From the NCBI GenBank assembly GCA_951406725.2, contig OX597833.1, positions 1,550,001-1,614,000 on the forward strand: a DNA stretch of 64,000 nucleotides. The letters are read 5' to 3'. Every line of letters begins with the position of its first letter. The first letter of the stretch is position 1. Under the pieces are notes generated by a model, which saw only the letters and a list, made by a program, of their open reading frames with translations, made no database searches and was not told where the DNA came from. The DNA is from Octopus vulgaris (lineage: Eukaryota). Below are positions 1-16,229 of this stretch, one piece after another. A program made the position numbers and the translations under genes.

Positions 1-299
1 ACTTTCACCCATAAATTCATTTCCTAATAAATTCATTCGAGTGCAGCACTTCCCTCTCTACACTCAATTTCCTTTTGAAGTGAAACTCGAAGTCAAAGAG
101 GAATCTCTCTGTCCTCATGCCTTTGTCCATTAAACAACCTTTTCGCCACAGCCACCAGGCAAATGAAAACTGCCTTGCCTGTCCTATTGAAGGAGGGTGG
201 CACTACGATCATCACTACAGACTCGGTCGACAGACTACTCCGTCCAACACGTGACAGCAGCTCTTCGACATAACCCCACAAGTCAGCAATGCCCAGGCA
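1..299 (-). mobile_element. Tx1/L1-type LINE ORF2 C-terminal remnant
   Basis: Minus translation CLGIADLWGYVEELLSRVGR...FICLVAVAK resembles the region after the C-terminal zinc knuckle of Tx1-type ORF2. Confidence 0.6.
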
Positions 300-304
300 T
301 AAAT

Positions 305-415
305 TCTACAGGCGTGGATGTGCTGTCAGACGGGCTTTCCCGAAATGTGTGAGGGTGACGAAACCGTTCTGCAAGTCCTCGTTCAGTGTCCGGGCATTGA
401 TGATTTGTAGGTTTC
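305..415 (+). mobile_element. Inverted piece of the same LINE (degenerate CCHC knuckle)
   Basis: Plus translation PKC..GDETVLQVLVQCPGIDDL* (one frameshift) overlaps the C.GI.DLW start of the 1-299 piece in opposite orientation. Confidence 0.55.
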
Positions 416-591
416 TGCAATCATAACCATGTCCCACAACTACTATCTTTGGGATTCTATCTTTGGGAATCTATCATGCAACACCTTCTCCTGCCAGCCA
501 CATAGTTTTTGTTCTTTTTTTCTGGCTTTTAACTTCGGTCGGGATTTTGGTTTCCATATGTCTTGCTGTGATTGTAGCAACTCTTAAACAG

Positions 592-718
592 CGACGACGA
601 CGACGACGACGAAGAAGAAGAAGAAGAAGAAGAAGAAGAAGAAGAAGAGGAAGAGGAAGAAGAAGAAGAAGAAGAAAGTGGTAGTGGTGGTGGTGTGTGG
701 GGGTGCCGCTGCTGGTGG

Positions 719-759
<41 letters not shown>

Positions 760-849
760 GTGGCGGTGGCGATGGCGGTGGCGATGGCGGTGGCGGTGGT
801 GGTGGTGATAACGATGGTGATGATGATGATGATGATGATTGATGATGAT

Positions 850-884
<35 letters not shown>

Positions 885-1051
885 GATGATGATGATGATG
901 ATTGATGATGATTGATGATGATGATGATGATGATGATGATAATAATAATAACAATCATGATGATGATGATGATGATGAGGATGATGATGATGATGATTGA
1001 TGATGATTGATGATGATGATGATGATGATGATGATAATAATAATAACAATC

Positions 1052-1113
<62 letters not shown>
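592..1113. repeat. Compound trinucleotide microsatellite (CGA/GAA/GGT/GAT)
   Basis: Directly visible; explains the poly-R/H/S/I ORFs. Confidence 0.97.
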
Positions 1114-1579
1114 ATGATCGTGTATGTATTAAAGTTGTATGAAAACAAATAACGAAGAGCTGAAATGAGGAACAGAAAAAAAAATGATAAAAGTAAGTTT
1201 TGCTCCGTTAACCTGACTTAAAGTAGTAAGATAAATATTATATCTTAATAAAATAATACACCTTATAAATATAGGTTGGTTGCCATTTTGGTGGTTTGGA
1301 TGGTTGATATCTCCAATAAGCACTTTCCATTTTAATAAATAAAGAATGCGAATGAGCGAAAGAATGATTACAGTGAGTTTATACAAGAGGTGACGATGAA
1401 CGCACATACTAGGCTTGGTGGCAGTCAATGAGAAAGTTTCATAGAGACAGAGAACGAGGTGAGGCAGTAAATGACAGAGCAGTTACGGGAGATTTCATAT
1501 ATTGAATGCAATGGCGGATAAATCGCAATAATTTCGCATGCGTGCAGGCATCCCTGTAACAAGAGATGTGTGTGTGTTT

Positions 1580-1620
<41 letters not shown>

Positions 1621-1852
1621 GGTGACACTGGCAATTTAAAATATCTATATATTACATATGCATAAGATTATAATGTTCATAATTTAGTATGCACACGAAT
1701 GCGAAAAATCCAATTTCGAGATATTTCGTAGTTTATATTCAGAAAATAAAATAAACTCGAAACAATTACACATCGTGTTGATTTTACGTTACGAAAACGA
1801 ACCCATATGCACCCACCTTCTCCCTTCCCGCCTCTCTCTTCTCACTTTCCCC

Positions 1853-1891
<39 letters not shown>

Positions 1892-2073
1892 TCTACGCAT
1901 ATCTACTGTGTCATTTATGTATAAATACAAATGGGACTTCCTTCATTTCATTTTACATTCAGGTAGCAAAATATATTTTTATATTGGGAAATATTTTCCA
2001 AATTAGTATTCGTTTCATCATTTCGAATAGGCAGCAAGGAATTTAATAAAAGTTGAATTATAATTATTAGATA

Positions 2074-2905
<832 letters not shown>

Positions 2906-3003
2906 ACAGAATAGCCTTATTGGGTGGTATTACTCAAGGGGGCAAGAATGTAATCCCTAAGCTAGGACCCATATGACAGGGAACACGCAAATGTACATAC
3001 ACA

Positions 3004-3162
3004 GGCGCAGGTGTGGCTGTATGGTAAGAACTTTCCTTCCCAACCATATGCTTCTGGTTCAGTCCCACTGCGTGGTACCATGGATGGGTGTCTTCTACCA
3101 TAGCTTCGGGCCGACCAATGCCTTATGAATAGATTTGGTAGATGGGAACTGAAAGAAGCTCG

Positions 3163-3165
<3 letters not shown>
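3004..3165 (+). mobile_element. SINE A 5' half, diverged
   Basis: Matches the family A head up to the internal TA tract. Confidence 0.85.
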
Positions 3166-3630
<465 letters not shown>

Positions 3631-3639
3631 TTTAGAAGG

Positions 3640-3690
3640 AGCTTCTACAGGACTAGAACTGTTTCATTCAAAAGAAATCATCAGGAAGCT
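3640..3690 (-). ncRNA. Type I hammerhead ribozyme motif
   Basis: Minus strand AGCUUC-CUGAUGA-UUUCUUUUGAAU-GAAA-CAG(UUCUAGUC)CUG-UA-GAAGCU. Stem I 6 bp, stem III 3 bp plus the A-U pair, GUA site; stem II weak. Confidence 0.75.
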
Positions 3691-3909
3691 AGGTGACAAG
3701 AGTAGTTTTTTTGGCATTTATACATTAAGGCAGGTTTAAAGGGGTGGTGGTGGGGGACTTTTTGGGGTAGGCATGGCGCAAACTATCATTCTTAGGGGAG
3801 TGGTCAAAGGAATCAGTGGTAAAGTAGATAAAAGAATAAATAAAAGAATAAATAAAAGAATAAATAGAAAAATAGAGTTTTAGGTAAATAAGGAGACTCT
3901 CACTTATAC

Positions 3910-3999
<90 letters not shown>

Positions 4000-4663
4000 A
4001 GAGAGAGAGAGAGAGAGATACAGACAGACAGACAGAACGAGAGAGGTAATAAAAACCACCTTAAGGGACAGAAATTATCTAAGGAATTAATGGTTTGTTA
4101 CCTACTATTTTGTTGTGAATTGAATTATTCCTAAAATAATACATTTAAATATAAATCTCAGTTTATAAATATTTTAATTAAAATCCAGAAAATGGCGAAG
4201 CAGAGTTAATATAATTTATTAACGACAAAAATTCAACATGTTCACTTACAGTTTTTCGATTTCGCCCAAAGGAATTAAATTCCAGGAATTAAAACTTTAT
4301 ATTGGGTAAAATATCATGAGTGGAGTAAACAAGAGATATCGTGAGGTCATTACATGTTATTCTTGCAAAACATCTCATCAGACAGAATCTCTTTTAATTA
4401 GTAATATTGGTATAAACCTTGGCCAATGGGTAATAGGTTGTATAAGGGTACTAATTTGTAAATAAATTAGTACCCTTATTAATTAGCAAAAATAGCATCA
4501 TAGGAATGAGAGTGATCAGTTTAATAATGTGTTTAAGAAATTAATTGGACGAAGATGAAAAATAGATAAATTACAAAATAATCATGGTGAGAAAGGACCC
4601 TGGTTATATTATATATACGCAGTGCACACATATACGCACATTTACACGTATATATATATATAT

Positions 4664-5655
4664 TTATAAATGAGGGTGAAAAATTTGATGTTAATTTAAT
4701 AATATCATCAATTTAACACGAAGTGGTTTAGCACATAAAAACCAAGGGATAAATACAAATTTATACATAAATATTAGAGAGTGACCACTATGTGTGTCAC
4801 TCTAGTGCTACAAATAGCTCCGCTAATGGTATAGCCACTAAAAGTTGTTTCCAAGAAGAAATACCACTACATTTAACGAAAGATAAGTGAAGCACAACGA
4901 AAAAATAGATTAACCCTGAACAATTGTTTCATTATTAATGTAAAATGCAGTTTTACTTACACAACATCCATAAATTTTCAGCAGAGGTTTGTCTTAAATA
5001 CAATTTATTAAATCGCAGCGAGCGTCAAATACACGTGCGGTTTAATTGATTGTATTCGTAGTTATGATTAAAATTTCCCCGCCAAAAGAGCGATAAGACT
5101 TACTGGTAAACGAATACTGCATAAAATATTTACTGCAGTATAATTAAATTTATAAATGAGGGTGAATAATTTGATGTTAATTTAATAATATCATCAATTT
5201 AACACCAAGGGGCTCAGCACATAAAAACCAAGGGATAAAATACAAATTTATACATAAATATTAGAGAGTGACCATTATGTGGTTCACTCTAGTGCTAAAA
5301 ATAGCTCCGCTAATGGTCCTTGGTTTTTATGTGCTAAACCACAATTTGAATCATAACTACGAATACAATCGATTAAACAACACGTGTATTTGACGCTCGC
5401 TGCGATTTAATAAATTGTATTTAAGACAAACCTCTGCTGAAGATTTCTAGATGTTGTGTAAGTAAAACTGCATTTTACATTAATAATGAAACAATTGTTC
5501 AGGGTTAATCTATTTTTTCGTTGTGTTTCACTTACCTTTCGTTAAATGTAGTGGTATTTCTTATCCGAAACAACTTTTAGTGGCTATACCATTAGCAGAG
5601 CTATTTTTAGCACTAGAGTGAACCACATAGTGGTCACACTCTAATATTTATGTAT
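4664..5655. mobile_element. Tandem plus inverted repeat structure, Penelope pseudo-LTR-like
   Basis: 4664-4830 is repeated directly at 5150-5316; 4763-5070 is repeated inverted at 5348-5655; degenerate hammerhead CUGCUGA...GAAACAAUUGUU at 5428-5506. Confidence 0.65.
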
Positions 5656-5678
5656 ATATATATATATGTATATATATA

Positions 5679-6110
5679 TTTATTCTTTTATTCTTTTATC
5701 CTTTTATTTGTTTCAGTCATTTGACTGCGGCCATGTTGGGGCACCGCCTTTAGTCGAGCATATCAACCCCAGGGCTTATTCTTTGTAAGCGTAGTACTTA
5801 TTCTATCGGTCGCTTTTGCAGAACCCCTAAGTTGCGGGAAAGAATACACACTAGCAATGTTGAAGGGACTATCACAGACAGACACACACTTACACACACA
5901 CACTTACACATATGTATATTAATATATATATATATATATATATATACGACGTGCCCCTTCCAGGTTCCGTCTTCCAAATCCACTCACAAGGCTTCGGTCA
6001 GCCAAAGTTATAGTAGGAAACAGTTATTAAAGGTGCCACGCAGTGGGACTGAATCCGAACCACAACGTGACTTGTAAGCAAGTTACTTACCATGCAACCA
6101 CTCCTGCGCC
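5679..6110 (-). mobile_element. SINE A, full length
   Basis: Reverse complement of the family A head and tail. Confidence 0.9.
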
Positions 6111-6185
<75 letters not shown>

Positions 6186-6791
6186 TTATATAGATAGATA
6201 GATATACATACATATATATATATACATTCTCATGCACGCAGACATGGCAAAAAACATATACATATAAAGAACAATATATGTATAAAAGCAAAAATATATG
6301 CCTATATACACACGCAAACACATGCACACAAACACTGGGTATAGACATGCATGCACAAAGCATCTTCACATAAAAGGCATTTTATATATGCATATGTACA
6401 TGTTCAACTATACACACAAACACACACACACTCATTTATGTATCCACGCACATACCTATGCATTAATACATAATTTTAAAAAAGCAATCATATTTAATAC
6501 ATAAATTTCAATATACTCACATCCATATATGTTGTATATATATATATATATATATAAATACATATTTATTTATTCATACATGTACAGTTGATAATCGCAC
6601 ATGTAATGACAAAATATACGTACATACATTGCAAAACAGTTATTCCTCTGGTGAGATTTTGTCCGATAGAATGTTTTAATTACTGGAATTTAATCCTTTT
6701 GTGCAAAATCGAAATAAATGACCTTGTTAAATTTTTACAGTTAATAAATTATATTTACGCTACTTTTCCATTTTCTAGATTTTAATTTACA

Positions 6792-6886
<95 letters not shown>

Positions 6887-6989
6887 GCATGTATATATAT
6901 GTATATATATGTGTATGTATAAATATATATACATACAAACGCAATATATACATATATAGACAGACGTACATGCACACATATATGATATT

Positions 6990-7140
6990 TTATCTTTTAC
7001 TATCATTCATTAGAAACCGGCCATGCTGGGGCACCGCCTTGAAGTATTTTTATTCAAATATATCGATCCCTGTACTTATTATTTTAAGCCTGGTACTTAT
7101 TCAATCGGTCACTTTTCAGAAACCGCAGCGTTACGGGAAC
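6990..7140 (-). mobile_element. SINE A 3' fragment
   Basis: GGCCATGCTGGGGCACCGCCTT...TACTTATTC. Confidence 0.75.
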
Positions 7141-7651
7141 TCTTGACAGGACTTAGTGCATGCAAGAAAGGGCACTTGTTTTGAATTCAAGATCTTCTGT
7201 ATGACATCCTGTTAGTTCCAAGCCAGAAATCTGATCTGTGAAGGGCCTGCAGGTAACTAAGTCCACACCCTGCTGCCGACGCTTCGATTCATTGCCGTTA
7301 AGGTTTTGTCTGTCTCCTACCCTTCGAAGTGTCTGGCCTGGTTAGACCTGCCTGAAGATTTCTCTCCCTCCTGCATAGCTCTCCGGGTCAATGGAGCACA
7401 CAGGCACTTCACCGCGTACTTGTTGAATTGGCCGTTGACCACATAATAGTTCTTCCGCGCTTTGACGGGTCTTATATTGCGCTTCGCAGGGTGTCCAACA
7501 ATTACCCTCCTCACCAAGCAAGTATGATGGGGTTGACAGTTTTGTCGTAGACGACCCGACCATGCGACAGGTTGTACTGGATTACCTGTTACCAATAACG
7601 TTCAAGAGCGACCTGAGCTATGGGGTGTCCTATGGGACGATCTAGATGAGA

Positions 7652-7728
<77 letters not shown>

Positions 7729-7737
7729 CACATATAC

Positions 7738-8108
7738 AGGGGTAGGTGTGGCTGTGTGGTAAGTAGCTTGCTTACCAAGCACATGGTTTGGGGTTCAGTC
7801 CCACTGCGGGGCATCTTAGGCATGAGTCTTCTACTATAGCCTCTGAAGACGGAATCACAAAGACGCCGGTCGGATATATGTGTGTGCGTATGTGATTGAA
7901 TACGTGTGTATGTGTGTGTATTTGCGTGTATTTCTTGTGCTCCCAACATCGCTTGACAACCGGCGTTGGTGTGTTTACGACCCCGTAAGCTAGCGGTTCG
8001 GTATAATCAACTGACACAATAAGTACTAGGTTAAGAAAAAGGCCCTGCATCGATTTGTTCGACTAATACCCCATCATCAGTCAAATGATGAAAATAAGTA
8101 AAAGGAGA
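7738..8108 (+). mobile_element. SINE A, diverged
   Basis: GTGGCTGTGTGGTAAGTAGCTTGCTTACC head and a partly deleted tail. Confidence 0.85.
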
Positions 8109-8289
8109 AATATATATGTATATATACATATGTATTTATAAATATATATGTATATATATTTGCATATATATGCGTAAGTTTGTATGTATATATATATATA
8201 TATTTGTATATATATGTGCATATAGATATACATACATATATCTATATATGCGCATATATATAAATATCTATATATGTGCATATAAATAC

Positions 8290-8356
<67 letters not shown>

Positions 8357-9714
8357 TAGATGAATTTACACATATATGTATACATATATATACGCATATA
8401 TGTACCTATGAGTATAAAGTCCATATTCTATTGAGAACATAAATTTTCTGACAGCAAGGGAAATTAAAATTCTACAAATAAAGGAAAAATGTATTTATAT
8501 ACTTTTTCACCGATGTCAACAACAATCATATCAACAAGAGCTAAAAGAATAAGAAGAAGGAGACGAACAAGAAGAAGAAGAAGAAAAAGAAGAAAAACAA
8601 CAACAACAACAACAACAACAACAAAAACAACAACAACAATAGCAACAACTAAGTAAAGAACATCAAAAATAATAATCAAAAAACAAAATTCAATTTAGCA
8701 AAAAATTTGCTCACCCTCATCTTACACAAACTTACATTTTATTTGGAACTATTTATGATTTTCATTTTGCATATTAACGGTCATTTCTCGATTCTGCAGG
8801 AAATAAAAATATCTGCTATTGTCGTTCTATTAAAAAGAACTTAAACCTACAGAAATTAAAAAGGAGAGACGAAAAAAAGAAAATTGAAAAATTGCTTTCT
8901 ACAATCGCCATTCATTTATATTGTATGCGTACACTTGGAATGCCATTTATTAAAATAACATGGACCATAATTTGTATATGTGCTTCATTGAAAGTCATGT
9001 TGCTGGGAAGTTTGTCTGAGAGAACAAAATCTCTTCATATTATAGACATGCTGTGTTAAAGCATGATATATATCGGAGCAAGATGAAGCTTGTCTCAGCA
9101 GTGATTTAGGAGTCGTAAGAGACGTTTCGGCTACATAGATCTTTGTCAATGCTCTGTACTAGCTTGTCACGATCCTAGACTAAATGCGTACTACATTCCC
9201 TAACGTTGCGGAAAGTCACCGGAGCTATTGCAATATAATTCTTTTTTAAATCTGACACACCGCGTCTTCACTCAACGCGGCACAGATCCTTCACTCAACT
9301 GTTCCTGCAAACCTCTCTGACGAGGGCCTATAATACATTTTTTCCACAAACTGTCGTCTGCGAAACCAATTTCCGGTGGAAATGAATCTGGAAAACTGTA
9401 TGCTGTTGCTGATTTCATTCTTGATTTATCGACACAAGCGCGCGCGTACACACACATATCCATATATATACTTATAGTATATATATGATATATATACTTA
9501 AACAAATACATACATAAATACATACATATATATGTATGTATATGTTAAATAATGAGGGTAGAAATTAATATTAGTAATTAATATTAATTTAAAAAAGTGG
9601 CTAGCATATTTAAAAAATATCCGAGGACTATGACTTATATTACGTATATAAATAAGAGGAACAGCGGCGTCTTCTTCTAGCATATTAATAAGCCACCTGG
9701 GTGGCTATTTCTCA

Positions 9715-9772
<58 letters not shown>

Positions 9773-9776
<4 letters not shown>

Positions 9777-10250
9777 TAATCCAAACGGGAAAACAGAAAA
9801 AACAACAACACGTGGAACAATTACAGTATTATTATTATTAGGCGCTCAGGAAAATGGAAGAAGGAGGGTATGACGTTCCGAGCGGAGCTCTTCGTCGGAA
9901 ACATAAGAGAAGGAAGAAAGAGGAAAGAAAGATCCCGATGTGGGCGAAAGAGGGAAAAAAACGCGACTGGGGTTTACGAAGTACACATGCTGAAAGACCG
10001 GAAGTTTTGGAAAACAAGGGCAAAGTAGGTTTTTAAAGCCAAAAGAGTGGAGGCAGGAAGGTTGGTAACGAAAAATGATGTGTATGTATGTGTGAGTGTG
10101 TGCGTGTGCGTGTGTGTATGTGTGTGTGAGGCGAGATAAAAAAACAAAAAATATTTGTATATGTTAGTGCGTGCGTCTGTATGTAAGTGTGTTTGGTAGG
10201 GCGAACAGTAGTTGACATAGCAAGTCTCAAGTGAGTGGTAAGTGGTAAAA
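9773..10250 (-). mobile_element. Non-coding element next to (TA)n with a variant hammerhead (9869-9903)
   Basis: Minus CCGACGA-A-GAGC-UCC-GCUC-GGAA-CGUC; related to 17478-17672 and 54090-54530. Confidence 0.5.
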
Positions 10251-10393
10251 AAAGGAGGAAGGAGGGAAGAGGCTGGTTTGTATGGGCGACTGCTGGTCTT
10301 CCATAAACAACCTTGCCCGGACTTGTGTCTAGGAGGGTAACTTTCTAGGGGGTCTTTACCCTTTTTATATATGTATATATGCATATGTATATA

Positions 10394-10466
<73 letters not shown>

Positions 10467-10539
10467 GTATATGTATATATATATGTATATATATATGTAT
10501 ATATATATGTATATGTATATGTATATATATATGTATATG

Positions 10540-10638
<99 letters not shown>

Positions 10639-11040
10639 AACCAAGAGACAAACGGAAGAATAATTAAGGTAATTAATTCAAACCAATAGATAATACTTTC
10701 GGTGCTTTTCACAAATATACAGGTAATCAATATAATTAATTAAAATTTAATCAAGACCGATGAAGGTCAACATAAAGGGTGATACTCATTAAAGAAGAGT
10801 TCATTGAAAAGCAAATGACAATTTTAATTTTGAGATTGGCTTTGTGTAATTAAAACCTTTGATGAATGTTCTGCTACTGAGCCCTTGACCGAGTCCCCCG
10901 TAAAGTTCTATCGGGTGAGACACATATCTTTCTTTTCTTCTCAACCACAATCATCGTCGCTCTTGATTTTCATGTGTTTTATTGTTGTTTTGGCTGTTTT
11001 TATTCTTTCAACCCATGACATCTCGATGAAAATTTACATG

Positions 11041-11258
11041 CTCTTCTACTCTTCTACTTGTTTCAGTCATATTGATTGTGGCCATGTCGGAGCACCGCCT
11101 TTAGTGGAGCAAATCGACCACAGGACTTATTCTTTGTAAGCCTAGTACTTATTCTATCTGTATCTTTTGCCGAACCGCTAATTCACGGGAACGTAAACAA
11201 ACCAGCATCGGTTGTCTAGCAATGTTGGGAGGACAATCACTTACACACAAACATATAC

Positions 11259-11295
<37 letters not shown>

Positions 11296-11469
11296 ATACA
11301 TATATGCGACGGGCTTCTTTCAGTTTCCGTCTACCAAATCCTTTCACAAGGCTTTGGTCGACCCGAGGCTATAATAGAAGACACTTGCCAAAGGTGTTAG
11401 GCAGTGGGACTGAACCCGGAACCAAGTGGTTCGTAAGCAAGCTACTTACCACACAGCCACTCTTGTGTC
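11041..11469 (-). mobile_element. SINE A, full length
   Basis: Matches the other family A copies. Confidence 0.92.
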
Positions 11470-11777
11470 TATATACGCTAATCTTGTACTTTCGTTTATA
11501 ACCACATCTCTTCCGATCCCTTCTAACCCTCCTTGTATTTATGATGGTAGCACGTGACTTGAGAGTTATATTGGAGCTATCTCTAGCTGGTCTTTGGTTC
11601 AGATCTACGGAACTTTCATCACTTCCTCCATTTCCATTGTCAAACCATTCGCTGCTGATTAATCTCGTATATTAATTACTAGGGAGCGTATACAAAACGC
11701 AATGTCAATCATACAGTCTGGCTAAGGGTGCTCATACACACGCCAACATTCAAACATGTACGAAGAGTGTAAGAAAT

Positions 11778-12080
11778 GTAGCCCCGGGCCGACCAATGCC
11801 TTGTGAGTGGATTTGGTAGACGGAAACTGAAAGAAGCCTGTCGTATATATGTATGTATGTGTGTGTATTTGTGTGTCTGTGTTTGTCCCCCTAGCATTGC
11901 TTGACAACCGATGCTGATGTGCATACGTCCCCGTCACTTAGCGGTTCGGCAAAAGAGACCGATAGAATAAGTACTGGGCTTACAAAAGAATAAGTCCTGG
12001 GGTCGAGTTGCTCGATTAAAAGGCGGTGCTCCAGCATGGCCGCTGTCAAATGACTGAAACAGGTAAAAGAGTAAAAAAAG
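11778..12080 (+). mobile_element. SINE A, 5'-truncated
   Basis: Starts at TAGCCCCGGGCCGACC, intact tail. Confidence 0.92.
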
Positions 12081-12214
12081 TGTAACCTCAAACAAAAAAA
12101 AAAAAAAAACATGGCGCAAGACTTCTGATGAAGATACAAGACTCAAAGACCTTCAAGTCTCAAAGACATTGAAGTCTCAAAACTATTCACTAACCCCTCA
12201 TATATAAATATCCT

Positions 12215-12430
12215 TTTCCTCTTTTATTCTTTCACGTGTCATTTCAGTCATTTAACTGCAGCCATTCTGGAGCAACGCCTTGAATGGTTATCGTCGAACA
12301 GATCGACAACGGGACATATTTTCATAAGCCTAGTAATAATTCTATCGATCAATTTTGCCGAAAGACTAAGTTACAGTGACGTAAGCACATCCAAAACGGT
12401 TGTCGAGTGGGAACAAACACAGAAACATAT
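12215..12430 (-). mobile_element. SINE A 3' half, diverged
   Basis: TTTCAGTCATTTAACTGCAGCCATTCTGGAGC. Confidence 0.8.
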
Positions 12431-12486
12431 ACACACACAACTTACATATATTATATATATTCATCACAACGAACAGTTCTGTGGCA

Positions 12487-13375
<889 letters not shown>

Positions 13376-14769
13376 GTATGTATATATATATATCCGGTAT
13401 ATCACAATCCATCGGTTGTAAGGATCAGGCACTTACATAATATTTGTATTTCATGCAAAATATATTATGGACAGCATTGTGAATAAATTTGCGAGATTGA
13501 CTGCAAATATCCTCAAGGGTCGTTGGCTTCATAACTTTTTCCTTTATTCAATTCGACGAACACGTGAACACGTGAACGACGCTTTGACAATTAGTCTGAA
13601 AACTTAACGTCTAAGAATGGTAACTTTTGCCATATTTCTAAATCGAAGAGCAAATGTATTTATTAAGATTCTTATGGAAGTCCTGAAATAGCTGGGACTT
13701 AATTGGCATTCCGGCATGAATTATTTAGCTAAATTGAATTTGATTGGGCGACAGCATGAGATGGTAATGAGCTTCTGAAATAAGAGATGCTACAGCAATA
13801 AATACGGCACTTAACATATTTATATAGCTTTGTATGCGGAATTGAAACAACCAACGCTAGTTTCAGGGAGGGAAATAATATATTATTAGAACCTGCGTTG
13901 ATAAACCTATTATTTATCGAAGTGTTGAATACATTAGCGCTGAAGCATATGAAAGTCGATATACCAGGGTAGATAAAACGATTAAGCGGGTGGAATTATC
14001 AGAGATCGGGTTATCGGGATGAATCTAGATAATAAATCGATGTTCGAAACTAGTGAAATATCTTGTGAACATAGGTTGTATCTGCAGATTATCGGTTGGT
14101 ATCGAGAATTCCTGATGTAAATCATTGATGGATATGAGGCAATTAGAATATTCTGTTGGAGTAGGTAGTTTCTGTAGAAGATATAATAATTATTATTCAA
14201 AGCACATATCACCCATGGCATCAATTCGTTGATATTGCTTTTCATTTTCTTAGAGAATCCAGCAAGACCGTAGCATTTGAGCATATAAATATGAAATGAG
14301 TATGAACGCCGGTTGTCTAAATTTATGATGTTAGGAGTGAACACACCATCACAAATGATGCAAAGAGAGAAACGATACATCATTAAAATATCAAAATCCA
14401 GCCACCTTATAAGTGTTACTGGCATCAATTTCAGCTGAAACAAAATGATTGAAATATCAAAAAAGAAACACAGACGATCGTACACTCTACTCGAAACTTA
14501 CAGATTCTCTTGTTCGCCAGATAATCTTGTTTCCGATCATAGGTACCGGGAATTTATTTTACAGAAATAATCTGTTTACAAAAGTAAATTCTTAATGTAT
14601 TCAAAGAAATTTGAACACGAATTTGATGTTACTGAACTGTCTCAAATGTCACATGATCATATCAAAAGGAATATAAATGCGATATATATATGCACGGGCA
14701 TTACATTACTCTGAAGGTTTTTGTTACTGTCTTCATAAGTATAACCATACGGAAGTATCGTCTTGTTGG

Positions 14770-15049
14770 GGTGAGTCGAAGAAATCGGACCCAGTACTTA
14801 TCTATATTTAAAGTTTGGCACTTATTCCATCATTCCTTTTTCGGGAAGTTAATTTACGAGGTTGTAATCGAACCAACACCTGTTGAGAAGCAGTGGAGAA
14901 CAACCCAAAGCTCAAATATGTGTATATATATATATATAATGATAATAATATTAGGGAGTATATCCAAACTTACAGGGAAAAATTAGATTTAGGGTTAAAT
15001 CAAATTTCACAGTATAAATATAAATTTAACTTTTTTATACTTTTTTCAA

Positions 15050-15115
<66 letters not shown>

Positions 15116-15290
15116 ATACACACATGTACGTGGTGTGTTTCTACTGAGTTACCTTCTATAAGATCCAGTCAAAAGGTATTCGTGGGCCCAAAGCCAGAGT
15201 CGAAGACATTTGCCCAAGATGCCGTATTCAGGGACTGAACTGAAAAGTACATCGTTGCGAAGCCAAAATCTTAGACACTTTCCCATACCT
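14770..15290 (-). mobile_element. Old degenerate SINE A inside the pseudogene
   Basis: GAAGACATTTGCCCAAGATGCC...GGGACTGAAC and CCAGTACTTATCT pieces. Confidence 0.7.
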
Positions 15291-16229
15291 TTAAAGAATA
15301 CTTGTCCTGAATTATTTTGGTTTGAATTCACGAGATAAATAATATGACGTTTTTGAAACATTTTGTAGAGATTGATCTCCTGACATGGGGAAATGTAAAT
15401 TCGAAGATTCCAAACGATAATACATTATCTGATGTATTAAACAGGCTTTTCGATAATAACTGGCAGTAATTATTCGGTAGTTGAAAGCCCAAATCGGTCT
15501 TTGAAAAATATGCTAAAATTTAAAGATGCTATCTTGTGTAATGGGAAATTAATTATTCTACCATTCTGTTTTGAAGCCATTAGTCTTAAAAGCTGTAGAG
15601 GATGATGTGGTTTAATGGCATCACGTAATCTCTTGCAATTGTATGGGTGGAGATTTGTGTGAAGATCTGGAACGGTTTTTCAGGATATGTCTGACGTATA
15701 ATTCTATGAATCTGGGATTAGCTGACCCAGTACGTATTAATGCTTCTGTTTATATCACCACACCTATGTCAAGTCTTTAGAACTATTCTTAATAGATGAT
15801 TAATACATTTTCTGGGTAGCATGAGGTTAAATAAGTTAATGATATGACAGGAAAATAATTATGGTGGTATTATGAATTCCATTGAGCAGAAGTGGTGCTG
15901 CAGAAACATTAGTGTTCTGAAAATTCTTGTGGAATTTGTATTAATTGACTGGTAAGCTTAGATTAATAAATTGCAAGTGTAACTATAAAAATGAAATCGC
16001 TACAAGAAACATCAGGTTCGGTTCTACGAGTGCATATTCGAGATACATGTCTTTGAGTTATGGAACAGTCCTTCAATCGTGACCGTTAATATACATGGAT
16101 GGGCAAGCAAATACGATCGCCACTAGAATGTTTTTGTTATCGATGCAAACCAAATGAGGAAGTCTGTGCGATGAGAAATAAACCTCGAGTTGCTCATTTG
16201 GTTAGCATTACATTTCTTTGCGTTGTATA

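Noticed and set aside
7160-7610. GC-richer unique segment with short ORFs
   Set aside because: Possibly a LINE 5' region, but no motif I can support.
9180-9280. TFPNV...RVFTQ resembling a hAT dimerisation domain
   Set aside because: Too short, and needs frameshifts.
9310-9385. CTGACGA...GAAAC hammerhead-like spacing (also at 10755, 12125, 20575, 24675, 25442)
   Set aside because: Stem I or the NUH site does not form; cannot be distinguished from chance or advanced decay.
13982-14485. 167 aa ORF as a functional gene
   Set aside because: Better explained as a frame-hopping piece of the TLR pseudogene (the TM segment lies in another frame with stops).
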